NCBI GenBank assembly: GCA_951406725.2
Contig: OX597816.1
Coordinates: forward strand, 109,616,001 to 109,680,000
Reading direction: 5' to 3'
Origin: Octopus vulgaris
Lineage: Eukaryota
DNA: 64,000 bases
Part shown: one piece after another, positions 28,156 through 41,649 of the stretch
How the letters are laid out: each line of letters begins with the position of its first letter
Position numbering within the stretch: position 1 is the first letter of the stretch
Position numbers and translations under genes: made by a program
Notes under the pieces: generated by a model
The model's database searches: none
Told to the model about the DNA's origin: nothing
Seen by the model: only the letters and a program-made list of their open reading frames with translations

Positions 28156-30155
28156 AAATATTATGTATTAATCTTCTACAGTTGGTTTGGAACAATATTC
28201 TTCCTAAGTCTATATCCGACGATTCTAGAATCAAGAATTGAACTGAATATATTTGGGTTTTGCTTTGTTTCTTATACACTGACTGGATTTGTATAGTATT
28301 TCCTGTGAAAAGTTGTTTTCATGGATAGCATCATGCATCAGTAAAGATTTGATCTGTCTTTCAAAGTTAAATGTTGGTGTTGGGTTTCTGTGATTTTTAA
28401 ATATTTTTTCTTTATGTCAGTAGCCATGTGTGTGTTTGAGTGTTAATTTTGCTATTGTGTTGGGATATGAGTATAGTTTCCATAATTAATTTTCTGTTTT
28501 TGTGTAACTTCTCATAAAGCATCTATTTTCCTCTGGTGCTTTTCTATATGATACTTTCGTATCTGCTTTCGTGCAATAACATATCTGCACTTAGCTCGTG
28601 GGCTCAAATGTTTCTACTGCGTTATTGTTAAGAATGTTTGGGGGTTTTGTTTTCGATGAATATTAGTTTCTCAGTTGCGTATACCAAACTTTTATTAAGC
28701 TTGGCGGTTATTAACAACACTAGCGAATGTTTTATACAGTGTTTTCGACAAGCAAGGCGACGAATTCTCATCCAAGGATGTGGCTGACTGCGAGTACACA
28801 TCTTCGGAAAAGCCTAAATATCTGGCGCTTTCGTTGTCCGCTGCTGAGGTAATCTTTCTTTTTTCTCTCGTCTCCATCCGATATTTATTGTGTTTGTAAA
28901 ACAGTACGTCAATATAGTCTATTATCTCAGGATGAGTACCTCAGTATCTGCCCTAATAACGAAGCAGATGTGTTATTTCCTCTCGACTTTATACCATATT
29001 TTGTTCATATTCACAAATTTTGAAACTCGTTTGCATACGTTTTATATTATGCATAAATGGACCCTGATGGCACATAAAGCAAATAATAATTTTATTGTAA
29101 TCACGATTTCTTGTAGTGGTTGTAGTGGTGAATGGTAGAGTTGAAAATATGATTTGCCTTATCTTCTTCAGTTATTTTTTTTTTCAGTTCAAATCACGCC
29201 ATGATTAGCATCGTTTTTCTAGGTTTGATAACATATATTACCATTCTAGTGCTGGGGCTTGATTTAATCAACTTATACCATACCTCATAAATTTTTGATT
29301 TGTACGAAATAGTTGCTATTAATAAAATAGAATGCGGCAAACTGACAGGATCGATAGAACGTCGGGCAAATGCTGTGTAGAATTTCTTTCGTCTATTTAG
29401 GTTCTAAGTTCAAGTAATACAGAAGTCAACTATGCCTTTCATCATTCCGTGGTGATAAAATAAAGACAGTACGACTAACCTCACCCTGTCAAAACTGCTG
29501 ACTTTGCCCCTAAATGAGCAACCACTATTAGCGTAGTAGAATGGGGGAATCGTGAAAGCATGTGGAAAATTTCCTACAGCATTTGTTTCAACTATTTAAG
29601 CTCAAGAGTTGAAATCCCACTGAGATTAACTTTGTGATTTAAAATAAATCATAAAATGTAAAATCTATATATTAGACTGCTTCCCACTTCCAAATTCCGT
29701 GCCTCTTGGAAAACTGGATATTGGATTAACTTGCAACAAAATTATGCAAATAATAAGTCATATATACATATATGACAGAAAAGAAATGTGGAAGTCACAG
29801 AAAGTTTGTATAATAAAATTTATGGTGATATTAGGATCATATTACATCTTTACATCATTACAAAGTAAATATGAACCGGTTTCACGATCATGCGATTGTA
29901 ACTTATATAGCAAAAACTTTTTGCTTTCAATAGGACGCCATCTTTGAAAAGAAGTGAACAGAGATGGCAAGGGGAGCAACTCTTATTTCTTAATGAAGCT
30001 CTCCAGTGTTTTTGGCAAGCATACAGTTACAGGAGTCATTTCATTTTATTCACAGTTAATTATATTACCGTTGTACGTTTTAAAGATTAATCAGTAATGT
30101 CTGAATGAGTGCATATGCATGTATTTTATACGCTAACATCCCATTTTCTCTCTTG

Positions 30156-30242
<87 letters not shown>

Positions 30243-30429
30243 GTATAAGTATGAACAGAAAATCATACCAAAAGATTTTGGTTGAGCATGCATATATAAC
30301 TCTTTTGTATATGTTAAATTCTATAATTGAATAAAATAAATCAGTCCAATAGAAAATGAACGATAAAGCAATTGCCAAGATATGAATACTTTCTCCATAA
30401 GAGTCATATCTGACCTCTCATGGCTTAGG

Positions 30430-30712
30430 TTTGAATATGAATGGGTGTCCAGGAGTCAAGTAATTTAGTGACAATTTATTGTGTAGAAGTCCACTCAGCA
30501 AATTTATATATAGAGAAAATAATGAACTTAGGTTGTAATTGTTTCGTACATACGTCGATATTTTCACTGAGATAAATTTGGCTGTAATGTGGTGAGCTTA
30601 TCTGTTGACTGTGCAACGTACAATGTTGGCGGATAGAATTCCCCGTGCTACCGATATAGTCATTCTGGCAGCCCAAACATCTGATTACGTAGATCAGATT
30701 TTCCATTCTTCA
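30430..30712 (-). mobile_element. Penelope-like GIY-YIG endonuclease fragment (different subfamily)
   Basis: ORF 30476-30706: NLIYVIRCLGCQNDYIGSTGNSIRQHCTLHSQQI, i.e. N-x-I-Y...CxxC...YIG-x-T...R...H. Confidence 0.85.
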
Positions 30713-30767
<55 letters not shown>

Positions 30768-33700
30768 ACTCTTTTATTCTCATATCTGTCTACATATGCT
30801 ATAATGTATATGAGGTGATGAATGTTATTGTTTGAATATTTGTGTGTGTAGATATGTGTATGTGCCTATGTGTACTTCCGAACTGTATACAAAATATTCA
30901 GGAAAACGGAGCAGAAAAGCATTGTGCCAGAATCTGAAAAATCATAATTACTCGCATGTCAACAGTTCCATTGAACGGACAATATAAATTGATTAATTTA
31001 TATTGGCCGTTAAATTAATTAATGAATTAATGAAGTAAACTAGTTAATTAATTATAAACGATTATTTGTTATCTCAGAGGAATCTGACGGCAAAGATAAG
31101 GTTTAAAATATTAGTTATCTTTATAAATTAGGCTACATTCATTAAACTTTACTTTAATGCCACTGTTTGGTTACATTTGTCTTAAATTTTGGTTTACACT
31201 GTTTTTTGATGGACATGAAAATATTTGTGCGTTAGAAAACCGTTTGATAGTATCTTTAAAGCATCAGTATACTAGTCCTTTACGTTCTATGTCTAACTTC
31301 GCCTACAGTCGACTTCACTTCGCATCAACCATCGTGAGTCGATAGAATTGATTTCTTTCTTTCATTAGTTCTGTCAGAACCTGAGGCATATCTTTGCCTG
31401 GCTATTGTCATTCAGATCAAGAGGATAGCCTTGTTAGACCCAAGCAAGCATAACGAAAATTGAATTAGATGCTAGAATTGTCATAAAACTTAGTTTGCAA
31501 TATAAGCTCTCAAAAAACACCTTGCAGCAGTGAGTTCGATGCGGATAGACCAATGCGAATATGGCAAGGGCCAGACTTAGGTGATTGTTTAAAGGAGCAT
31601 AATTATGTGACCTTGAATTTTGCTTTTATAATTCTTATTTTCAATAATCGGCATACAAACTGACCCAGGGGCCTCTATAAAGAATAGTAGATCCAATAAA
31701 ATTGTAAACGAAATATCTTTTCCAATTGTAAGATACCTTCTAATCCTAAGTATACAAGTATACAATATCTAAATAAACGCTGGAGTAGACTCAGCTGGAG
31801 TGTTGTATGCCTTCATTGTCAAGAAGAGCGTACTTGTAAATAATATCTTAACGGCAACAAAGGTATTACTAATGCGCAAATATACTATTGAAACCTCTAT
31901 ACATTTCTCTGACTTGCTAGATATAGCAGCCATATGTATTTGCAATCATACTTTACCATCTTACACGAGATACATTATATTCGAAAAGAAGGGATGCCAT
32001 AGTCACAGCTGCCACTTTTAATTACAGGTTTGTTTGATCAAGAATGATCTGAACTTGAGCAACAAAAACAACAAGAGTTGCAACAAGAACAACCAACAAC
32101 ATCATTGAAATTATAAACTGCCATAATTGAAAAAAAAGACCCAGAAAACATTTCAATAAAAGCTAGGAATTAGAATTGCGAATCACCGCATTTTATAACA
32201 TTGTGAAAACTGCACAAATGTCTCTTTAGAAGACTAGAATCTGTTTACTCCCGATTAACCGTCGGTTTTCTATTAAAACCCAAGTATATTCGGTAATGTG
32301 ATACTGCTTCAACATCTGGAAAAAAGGGAAAGCCATAAATACCCGTTTGTGTATAAATACATTACTGTATTGCATATTTAGTAGTTCATAGCATATCGTT
32401 AGAGCTACAATCATTGACGTCCTGCAGCATCTATTTGCATTACCATTCAAAGACTTGAAAAGTTAACTCCATATATATTCTGTTGCGTCTCTAATCGGTT
32501 TGTTCTTCAAATGCTGTCTGGCTTTACTTCCATTTGCACTTCCTTTTTGTTAGCATATTTGTATTTTCACTGCAATGCTTGTATATTTTCCTTTCACTGT
32601 CAAGCCAATTTTATTTCTTTCGCTTTTCCATTTGTTTAAAAATTTATAAAAGAAAACGTTTATTTCTCAAAATTTATAATGTATAAAATTTTATAAATTT
32701 TAAAAAGAATTTTCCAGTTTGTTGTTCAGTGAATAAGTTTTCGTGAAAGCTAATCCATCATCTTTAATGAGATAACTGTGTTACCTTCACTCTTTTCTCT
32801 TATCTTAGATATCAGTAAAATCAGAGCGTACTGTTTATCTACTATGTCTCAAGAATCAGACGGCAATTCATTCTAAAGATCGAAAGTTATGAAAGCAAAG
32901 CAATAATTCAATACTAAATTTCTCTGCACCTTAATATTTTCACTTTTCATGTAAACGACATTTACTTAAAGCAACCAAACTTTCCATTTGAATTCGGTTT
33001 AGTAATGAATGTTAAGATTACAAAAGTAGATTGGATAATAGAGTACTGTCTAAAGAACTCGTGTTTAAAAACATTCATTGATTTTATATAGAACTTTTTC
33101 TTTTATCATCAATGGAAAGCTCAGTCTAACCCAGTCTAACCCGGACCAGATAAAAAACCTGGATTTTTTTAGTGGGTCTGTATCAAAAAAAGTAAACCAC
33201 AAGTTAATTAAAGAAAATAATTATATTTGTAGCGATAAGACCGTCGGGGGACTCCTGAGTGATGCTTCAGGGCTGCATGCGACCCCGGGAACAGTAGGTG
33301 CGAACCACTGGTCCAAACAGATGCCAAGAAAGATACTTTTTATTGCTATGAATAGCGGCGTAACTGTACAACTGATTCCAATTCGAAATATGAACTCAAC
33401 GATTCCAGTTTATTAATAGTGCTATTTGATTGTGCTTGCATTGAATGTTATCCTCATTTAACAACCTGGATATAAACCATTCCTAAAAGACATTTGAAGC
33501 AGAACTGTATTTCGACACAATTTCGACGAGCTTTTAAAAGTTAAATTCCAACACACGGACTTCTCCCTACATCATCTTTAGGCAAACATCTATGAATAAA
33601 ACGAATACCACAAACTTATCGCCCATCATCTGTCCTGTTGCAGTATTTCTGTCTCAAATCGAGTGTCATAATCTTATCATTTTACATCATATCAGTTAGT

Positions 33701-34128
33701 TGAGGAAGGAAGGTATGCTGAATTCTTTGAGCCCTAGAAATTACAGCCACAACTGCCCCAAGTCATTATGTCATCTGTAAAAGGACGAGATACCTTAGTT
33801 AATATTCTTTTTCCTATATTATATCTGGAATTAAGACGAGATTATTATGTTTCGATTGCATTTGATAGTAGAAATATTTGAACAGAGCTAACCTATAGAT
33901 AAAAAAGAGTAGCAACAACATCGACCATGACTACCACCATCACAAGAAGAACAACTAAGATTAAACATACTTAATTCCCACCAGCACCGTTGCTAAAAGT
34001 ATGATTGGAAGTGAAAATCACAAATGTATTAGCCAGTATTGAACCTGTTGCGTACCTTCACTTCAAACTAGTGTTTCTTATGTTTATTTCAATTTTACCT
34101 TAACCGTCAATATCAATCCTAAAGGCGG

Positions 34129-34165
<37 letters not shown>

Positions 34166-35148
34166 AATCAAAATTATCCATCTTCCATTACACTCTAAGT
34201 TATTTAATTAATATACAAGGCAATACAGAGTTATAAAAGAAACATTTCTCGTGGGACGTGTCAGAGTTGGTTTATTTACGAAATTTTATTCATTTACTAT
34301 TAGTCTTAGTCATAAAAATCTAATTTATTTTATTGCTCAGCAATTTTATGAAGTTTAATGGTGTCACCGTTATGCGTAGTTAATCTCGTTTTAGTTATGG
34401 CTGGGCGGCTCTTCGGTACTGAGTTTTCAGCGTGATTATAGGATTTTTTACTCGGATGAGTATATCACGAATTACATTATATAATGCATTAAAGCTTCCT
34501 AAAGCAGCATAGCGTATTTTGAAAGAAATTTGGCTACTATTTCTAGCAGGTCAATCAAGCAAAGACGCACTATATGGATTCTCATTTTTATAGCCAGTGT
34601 GTTAACGCGTGGATTACCCCATCACTTATTCACTTCTAATAAACATAGTAGAGTACTTTTGAATCAGTCCTTCCATCATAAAAGTTAAGATATCGTCTGA
34701 GAAATAATTGTCTGCTATTATTAGCACATTGAGAAATCACATAGAAGTTCAATAGTCTGAGACTCTTAAGATAGCTCTAGATTCATACCATGCTCAATCC
34801 AACTAGAAAAGTTTTGTTGTACATCCCTTTAATTGCAAATCCTCGAATAATGGTTTTAAACATAGCCTGTGAGAACGTGGAAGTGTGTAAAGCAGGGTAC
34901 ACATGAAAAGGTATAATTAAGAACGGTATGCATCATAAATAAGGAGTTTCCAAAGTTTAACTTCGCTGAATGTAATTCAGAGATACATTAAATGAGCAGA
35001 GCATTATTTCAGAGCAGGAGTTGTCAAAATGAAGAAACGCATTTAATTAACACTTTTGTGCGTAGTGCGGAAGGGAAGGAACAAGAGAAATTAGGAACAA
35101 TGGAGGAAGGAACATATATACATGTATGTGTACACACACACACACACA

Positions 35149-35179
<31 letters not shown>

Positions 35180-36127
35180 TTATGTATATATGTATATATA
35201 TATATATATATTTACACACACATACACACACATATGTGTGTAAGAATTGAAAGGGATAAGAAAAGGAGAGTTATATATGTAGAAATGCAAGAATTAATAG
35301 TTTAGTAGTATGAGAGAAAGAACTGTGCAGCAATCACGATGATTTAGAAAGAGCAAAATAGAAAGTTAAGACAAATTTAAAATGAGAATAATGACATGAA
35401 CGATAACGATGATGATAATGATAGTGGTGGTGATGATGGTGATACTGATAAAGATGATGGTGGTGGTAATTGTGATAATAATGATGATAGCGTGTTGGAG
35501 AAGGTGCTTGACTATGAGTGTGATGAGGACTGAGAAAAATGAAAATGATTATTACCTTGCGTGAGCTTTCTGTTAATATGATCCTGACGACGATGAAAAT
35601 GATGGTGATGATGTCTGTGATGGCCATCATGATGATGTTGGCAGTGGTGTTCATGATAGTGGTACTTCTGATAGTTATGGTGTCCATTGACGATGATGAT
35701 GAGGATGATGATGATGATGATGATGATGATGGATGATGATGATGATGATGATGATGATAATGATGATGATGATGAGGACGACGACGACAATGACGATGAC
35801 ATTCGTGATAATGATGATATGAAGTTGACAAAAAGCTATTTATGATGATAATGATGATGACGGTGGGGACGATGATGACGTTGACAATCGGTTTAATGAT
35901 GATGTGAAGCTGACAAAAATCTGATTATGACGATGTTGATGGCGGTTGTGATTATGATATTGATGGTGCAGCAAGACATTGATATCCTTCATCCAAGATA
36001 GTATCAATTACATTTATGACATGAAAAAAATAGATAACCCGAGTGTCGATATATTGAGAACCAGAGGTATGTGAATAAGGATATGATCATGAAATGCAAC
36101 TAACAGTATGTAGTCAAATACAAGCAT

Positions 36128-36210
<83 letters not shown>

Positions 36211-36300
36211 TACACATACACGAGCACTCATTTCCATCTGTCTATGTATTTATCTGCCTGTATGTCTGTCTGTTTGCCTGTCTATCTGTCTGTCTATCTT

Positions 36301-36332
<32 letters not shown>

Positions 36333-36379
36333 ACTATCTATCTATCTATCTATCTATCTATATATCTATCTATCTATCT

Positions 36380-39300
36380 GCGACTAAACCTGCAAACCCA
36401 CCAAGCTTGCTTGGTGAGGAGGGTGTTTATTGGACACCCTGCGGGATGAAAATCAAAACCCGTCAAAGGGCGGAGGACCTCTTGAGAGTCAACGGCCATC
36501 CAATAAATGTTAGGACGGGTACGCAGAAATTCCGGGATGGTGTCCGGCGTGCTGAAAGACCACTGGGAGTGAGGCGCCCCTCAGCGTTTGTTAAAGAATG
36601 TCGTAGAAGATCACTCTGATATAAAACCAGATATGCAGGAAATGGCATTGGACATTTTGGGGATCTTTGGTTTGTGCTAGAGATCACAGCGTTCCCACAT
36701 CCCTGAGCCTGCGACTCATATTGGCACCAGACATCTTGCTCCGGCTTGTCGCTGGATAATGTCAATAAAGTAGAGAGGGTCTATTAGGTGTTGTGCAAGC
36801 CTTATTGGACCTAAAACTCTGCACAGGCATTGCCGACCTCTGCTCGATATGTGCATTTTTTCCCTCTATATATATTTATCTTATTTTTAGTATATATTGA
36901 TCTTATTTTTAGTATATATCTTCTTCATTTTTAGTATATATTTTTATTTTTTTATTCGGAAGTCCTGCGGCGATGGGAAGGTGGTGAATCATGCAGACCT
37001 GACGGGTTGGAAGCATGTAGTCAGCGACCTGCACGTAGGCAGCCCATACTAGATTTAAAGTCGTCTCCTTCTCGCCCAAGATAGTGCTAGGATTCGGTTG
37101 CTGCATGGGCGTCTGAGCATCTCCTGGATGAGGGCACTGCTAACCCGGAGACCGGGGAGGTTCTGGAAATGATGAACCAAAAATTGCCTGTCTTTCCATT
37201 TCTGCTCAGTTTAGCGCGACTAACGGATGTCCACCCTCAGATCGAAAAACAAAGAGTCTTTTATCTATAAAATCTGGACGGAACTTAAACATTTCATGTT
37301 GGAATGTGCGCACTCTGTTGGACAACAAGAATGATTGCAGGCCTGAGAGACGCACTGCACTTGTTGCTCGTGAGCTGAACCATTATAAAATTGATATAGC
37401 TGCACTCTCAGAGACTCGTATAGAAGGTGATGGTCAGCTTGAGGAAGTAGGAGGTGGATACACCTTTTTTTGGAAGGCGGAAGGAGGAGTGGAGAGAGGC
37501 TAGTGTTGGTTTTGCAGTCCGATCTGATGTCCTTAAGAAGTTGGAAGAGCTCCCTGTTCCTATAAATGAACGTATAATGACGCTACGGTTGCACTTGAAA
37601 GGTAAGCGGTTTGCTACTCTAATAAATGTCTATGTACCTACTTTGACTAGCTGTAATGAAGAGAAAACAATCTTTTATACCCAGCTGAGAGCCATACCTA
37701 GAGAAATCCCCAATTCTGATAAATTCTGGGGGATTTTAATACCAGGGTTGGAACAGACTGTCAAACATGGAACTCTCTAGGACGTTTTGGAGTAGGGAAA
37801 ATGAATAGCAATGGTCTCCTGCTATTGGAGCTTTGCGAAGAACATGGACTTTACATTGCAAGCACTCATTTTGTGCACAAAGCTGATCGTACAACAACAT
37901 GGATGCATCCAAGGTCCAAAGTTTGGCACTTTCTGGATTATGTCATCATCCGCAAGCGCGATATTTATGACATTTGTAATGTCAAGTCCTTGCATGGATC
38001 AGAATGCTGGACAGACCACAGTCTGGTGCGAGCAAAGTTCCGAATGGTGATTAGGACGAAAGAGAGAAGAGGGCCAGTCAGCATTCCTCGCCGTCTAAGT
38101 ATCCACAAGTTATATGATGTTGTGGTTAGGAATGAGCTTCAGACTCGCTTGACCAGCATTGAAACTGCTGCAGCATGGGAAGATTTTCGAGACCAGGTTG
38201 TTCAATGTGAAGTTGAAACACTGGGGTATGTTACTGCCAGACATAGAGACTGGTTTGATGAGAATGATGCTGAAATTCAGCGACTATTAGTGGTAAAGCG
38301 CCATGCCCACAATGTGTTGCTGCACAGAGAACTGTCTACTGTGCAGCTAAGTCTAGCACTTGCCCACTATAACAGTGTAAAATCACTACTGCATCGATCT
38401 CTCAGGAAGATGCAGAACACTTGGCGGGAGGATCTTGCTCGTGATGTTCAGGCTGCTACTGATGCAAATGACAGCAAGAAGCTTTACCATCTTATGAAGC
38501 GAGCTTATGGACCTAAGAGCTCCACATCAGCTCCTTTGCTTTCCAAGGAGTCTTCCACTCTGTTTACTAAATCAACAGAAATCACAGGTCGCTAGATTGA
38601 ACATTTCTCTGAACTCCTAAACCATGAGTCAGTGGATGAAACAATGATTGATACTATGCAACAAAAACCTATCATTGGCTCCTTAGACTCCTCGCCCTCA
38701 ATAGATGAAGTAATGACATCAATAAGTAAATTGAATCTTGGTAGGGCACCTGGAAAAGATGGAATTTGTGCTGAGGTCTCGCGATCTGGTGGTAATTGCA
38801 TCACACAGTCCCTTCATGAACGTATTAGTGCAGTCTGGAGGGATGGTGTAATCCCTAAGGACTGGAAGGATGCAATTATTATTCCTCTATGTAAAGGAAA
38901 AGGAGCCAGAACAATGTGTGGTAACTACAGAGGTATTGCTCTACTATCAGCTGCTGGCAAGGTTCTGGCAAATATTCTTCTTACCCGTTTGTATGGGTGT
39001 CTCGTAAATGATATCCTATCTGAATTTCAATGTGGCTTACGATCTGGTAGAGGGACAATGGATATGATTTTCACCGCAAGACAGATGTAGAAGTGCTGTG
39101 AGCAGAATATGGATCTTGTCCAGGTATTCATTGATTTAACAAAGGCCTTTGATACTGTAAATATGGCCGTTCTATGGAAAATACTTGGCACACTTGGATG
39201 TCAGGATCACTTTGTATCTATAATTAAATCATTTCTTGATGGGATGGAGGCTTGGGTCAATGTTGGTGGTGCCATGGCGGGACCCATTCCTGTAGAGAAT

Positions 39301-39907
39301 GGTGTCAAGCAGGGTGACATCCTTGTCCCAACTTTCTTTTCTTTGTACTTTGCTGCTGCTATTACTCATGCTTTTGCTAAGAGTAGCTCTCTGGAAATAT
39401 ACGTCAGATATCGATCTTCTGGCCGCCTCTTTAATCTTAGCCGATTTGCTGCTAATTCAAAGGTTTCGCAGTCTATTATTCGTGACTTCCTTTATGCAGA
39501 TGACTGTGACGTAGTCACTCATACAGTGGATGACATGCAAATACTCATGAATTGCATTTCTGCTTCTTGCAGGGCATTTGGACTCAGCATTAGCCTGGAC
39601 AATACTGTTGTAATGTTCCAGCATGCACCAGGAAATCCATATATGGAATCAGCTATCTTGGTTGAAGGAACAATTCTGAAGGTAGTAGACGAGTTTGTCT
39701 ACCTGGGCAGCACACTCAGCCGTTCTTGCTCCCTGGAAGAGGAAATATCTTTCAGGTTGCAGAGAGCAACTAATTCCTTCCGGCCTCTTCAGTCTCGTGT
39801 CTGGTCCCAACATGGCATCGCAAGACGAACAAAAGTTGATGTGTACCGTGCTTGTGTACTGACATCGCTCCTCTACTCATGTGAGACATGGACTCTGTAC
39901 AAACGTA
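36380..39907 (+). mobile_element. RTE-clade LINE (5' UTR, AP endonuclease, reverse transcriptase), inactivated and 3'-truncated
   Basis: LNISCWNVRTL, IDIAALSETR, YTFFW, TWMHPRSK.WH.LDY, TDH (APE); NYRGIALLS, QCGLRSGRGT.DMIF, FIDLTKAFD, GVKQG, LYADD (39493-39504), FVYLGS, LLYSCETW (RT). In-frame TAG at 38593 and 39088, frameshifts near 37480 and 37720. Starts directly after a (TCTA)n array. Confidence 0.95.
36865..36955. repeat. AT-rich minisatellite (~21-bp unit, ~4 copies) inside the RTE 5' region
   Basis: tatatatttatcttatttttag / tatatattgatcttatttttag / tatatatcttcttcatttttag / tatatattttt. Confidence 0.75.
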
Positions 39908-40079
39908 CCCCTCCCTCTTCACTTGTTCCCTACCTATTATTCCTTTAACCCTTCTCTTCCTACTATCTATCTTTGACGTCAATTCATCTAACGGTTTTTT
40001 TAAAAACACTCATTATCGTTTTGTTTACCATGTAGGTAGTCTTCGAAATTTTTGCTTGTCTTGTTGTCGAGAGAGGCTC

Positions 40080-40172
40080 CCTTTCTTTCCTGATGACAAG
40101 ATTGCATAATGCACCCTTTATTCCTTTGGAATGAAACCATGTTGTCTTCGAAACATATGTCGAGAGTAAAGG
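40080..40172 (+). ncRNA. Type-I hammerhead-like motif with long stem II
   Basis: cctttctttc-CTGATGA(40090-40096)-caagattgcat...atgttgtcttc-GAAA-CATATG-TC-gagagtaaagg. Intact CUGAUGA, GAAA and GUC; palindromic ACATATGT stem III; stem I about 10 bp with one bulge; first stem II pair is a C.C mismatch. Confidence 0.7.
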
Positions 40173-40224
40173 AATTGAAAAGTTTGCAAGTTGCAACGAA
40201 AATTCAATGACCTGAACAACAACA

Positions 40225-40256
<32 letters not shown>

Positions 40257-40333
40257 GCAATAATGATTATAATTATAACAAAAACATCGAAAAATACCTT
40301 AGGAATGAGAACTCAAGTTTGAAATTTTGCCAA

Positions 40334-40379
40334 GACACCTGAAGAAGGCTGCAGGGTTTATCAGCCGAAACGTCGTGTT
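40334..40379 (+). ncRNA. Minimal type-I hammerhead ribozyme motif within a short repeat (~40265-40467)
   Basis: GACAC-CTGAAGA-a-GGCTG-cagggtttat-CAGCC-GAAACGTC-GTGTT. Intact core, one extra A after A9, 5-bp stems I and II, loopless palindromic ACGT stem III, GUC site ending at 40374. Confidence 0.8.
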
Positions 40380-41577
40380 AACAACAAACAAGATGAGGAC
40401 AAATATACGTTGAATGTAAATAATGTAAATAATGCACATAATTCCCCATCTCTTAAATATAGAACTGCAAGTCGCTATTAGTTACATTTGAAGTCTTCTT
40501 CGAACACTCAGATTGCAGTTTACCTGAAGTGAAGCAAGATAATTATTGATAAGGAGAGTTGAAATTAATGCGTGCACAATTTCATTGCTCAAGAATCACT
40601 TCCGCCTAACTTCGTATATTTGCGCATTTATTCCCCCGATGTCGACTAACCCTCTTTTCTGGGTCGGCAAAGTAAGTACCAGTTGAGTATTGGGTTCCGT
40701 GTAATCGACTTACAACTTACCGCGAAGTTACTAGCCCTGCGCCAAAATTTGAGAGCAATTTATATCTGCGCGTTAAATTTTATCGTTACATAAGTATGGC
40801 ACAAGGACCATTTTCTGAAGAAAAACCGTATATTTCAAGTATGTGTATTCGACTACTATATATTATCAGAATTGATATGCACGGATTTATATCACTGTTT
40901 TTGGTTTTCAAACAGTGTATTCAAAAACTCAAGCTTATCATGCAAAGCGTGATGGGGTTAAGATTTTAGTCAATGAAAACCCGTCCACGGAACAGCTAAT
41001 ATTGGGATTCAAGCAGTACTCACTGTCTAATTGATACACCACACACAAATGCACACACACACTGGCACACACACACACATGCACATTCACACACATACAC
41101 AAACACACAAACATATACACAATACACAGGCAAATACATACTAACATTCGGATCATGATAATATTATGAACTATTTCCTGTCTTTACCCTTCTACAAAGA
41201 TATGTCTATGTTTCATATCTGTAATGGATGAGGCCTTAGTATTGTGACATCATGTGTTTCTAGAAAGGCTTTGTAAGTGTATATGCAAAGAGCATACATT
41301 TGCACAAATACAAACACAATGAAACTCAGAGGCAGATGTATACAAATATATGCACATATACATATATAAACTATCCTTTTCACAAAACATGGGAACATGA
41401 GCCAGTCTCTCTATACACGCACTCACGTGGATATATATATATATAATATATATTTATATATATATATGTATGTATATACATGTATATATATGTACAGTTG
41501 TATGTGTATCTCTCTCTCTCAATATATATATATATAAATATGTATACATACATACACATACACACACACACACCCAT

Positions 41578-41649
<72 letters not shown>

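Noticed and set aside
29870-29900. Minus-strand GAAACCGGTT with a small upstream hairpin
   Set aside because: No recognisable CUGANGA core or stem I; too decayed to call a hammerhead.
32230-32640. Minus-strand Lys-rich broken reading resembling a pogo/CENP-B N-terminus
   Set aside because: Multiple frameshifts and no diagnostic motif identifiable by eye.
35334-35831. His/Ser-rich 165-aa ORF
   Set aside because: Translation of a degenerate (GAT)n tract.
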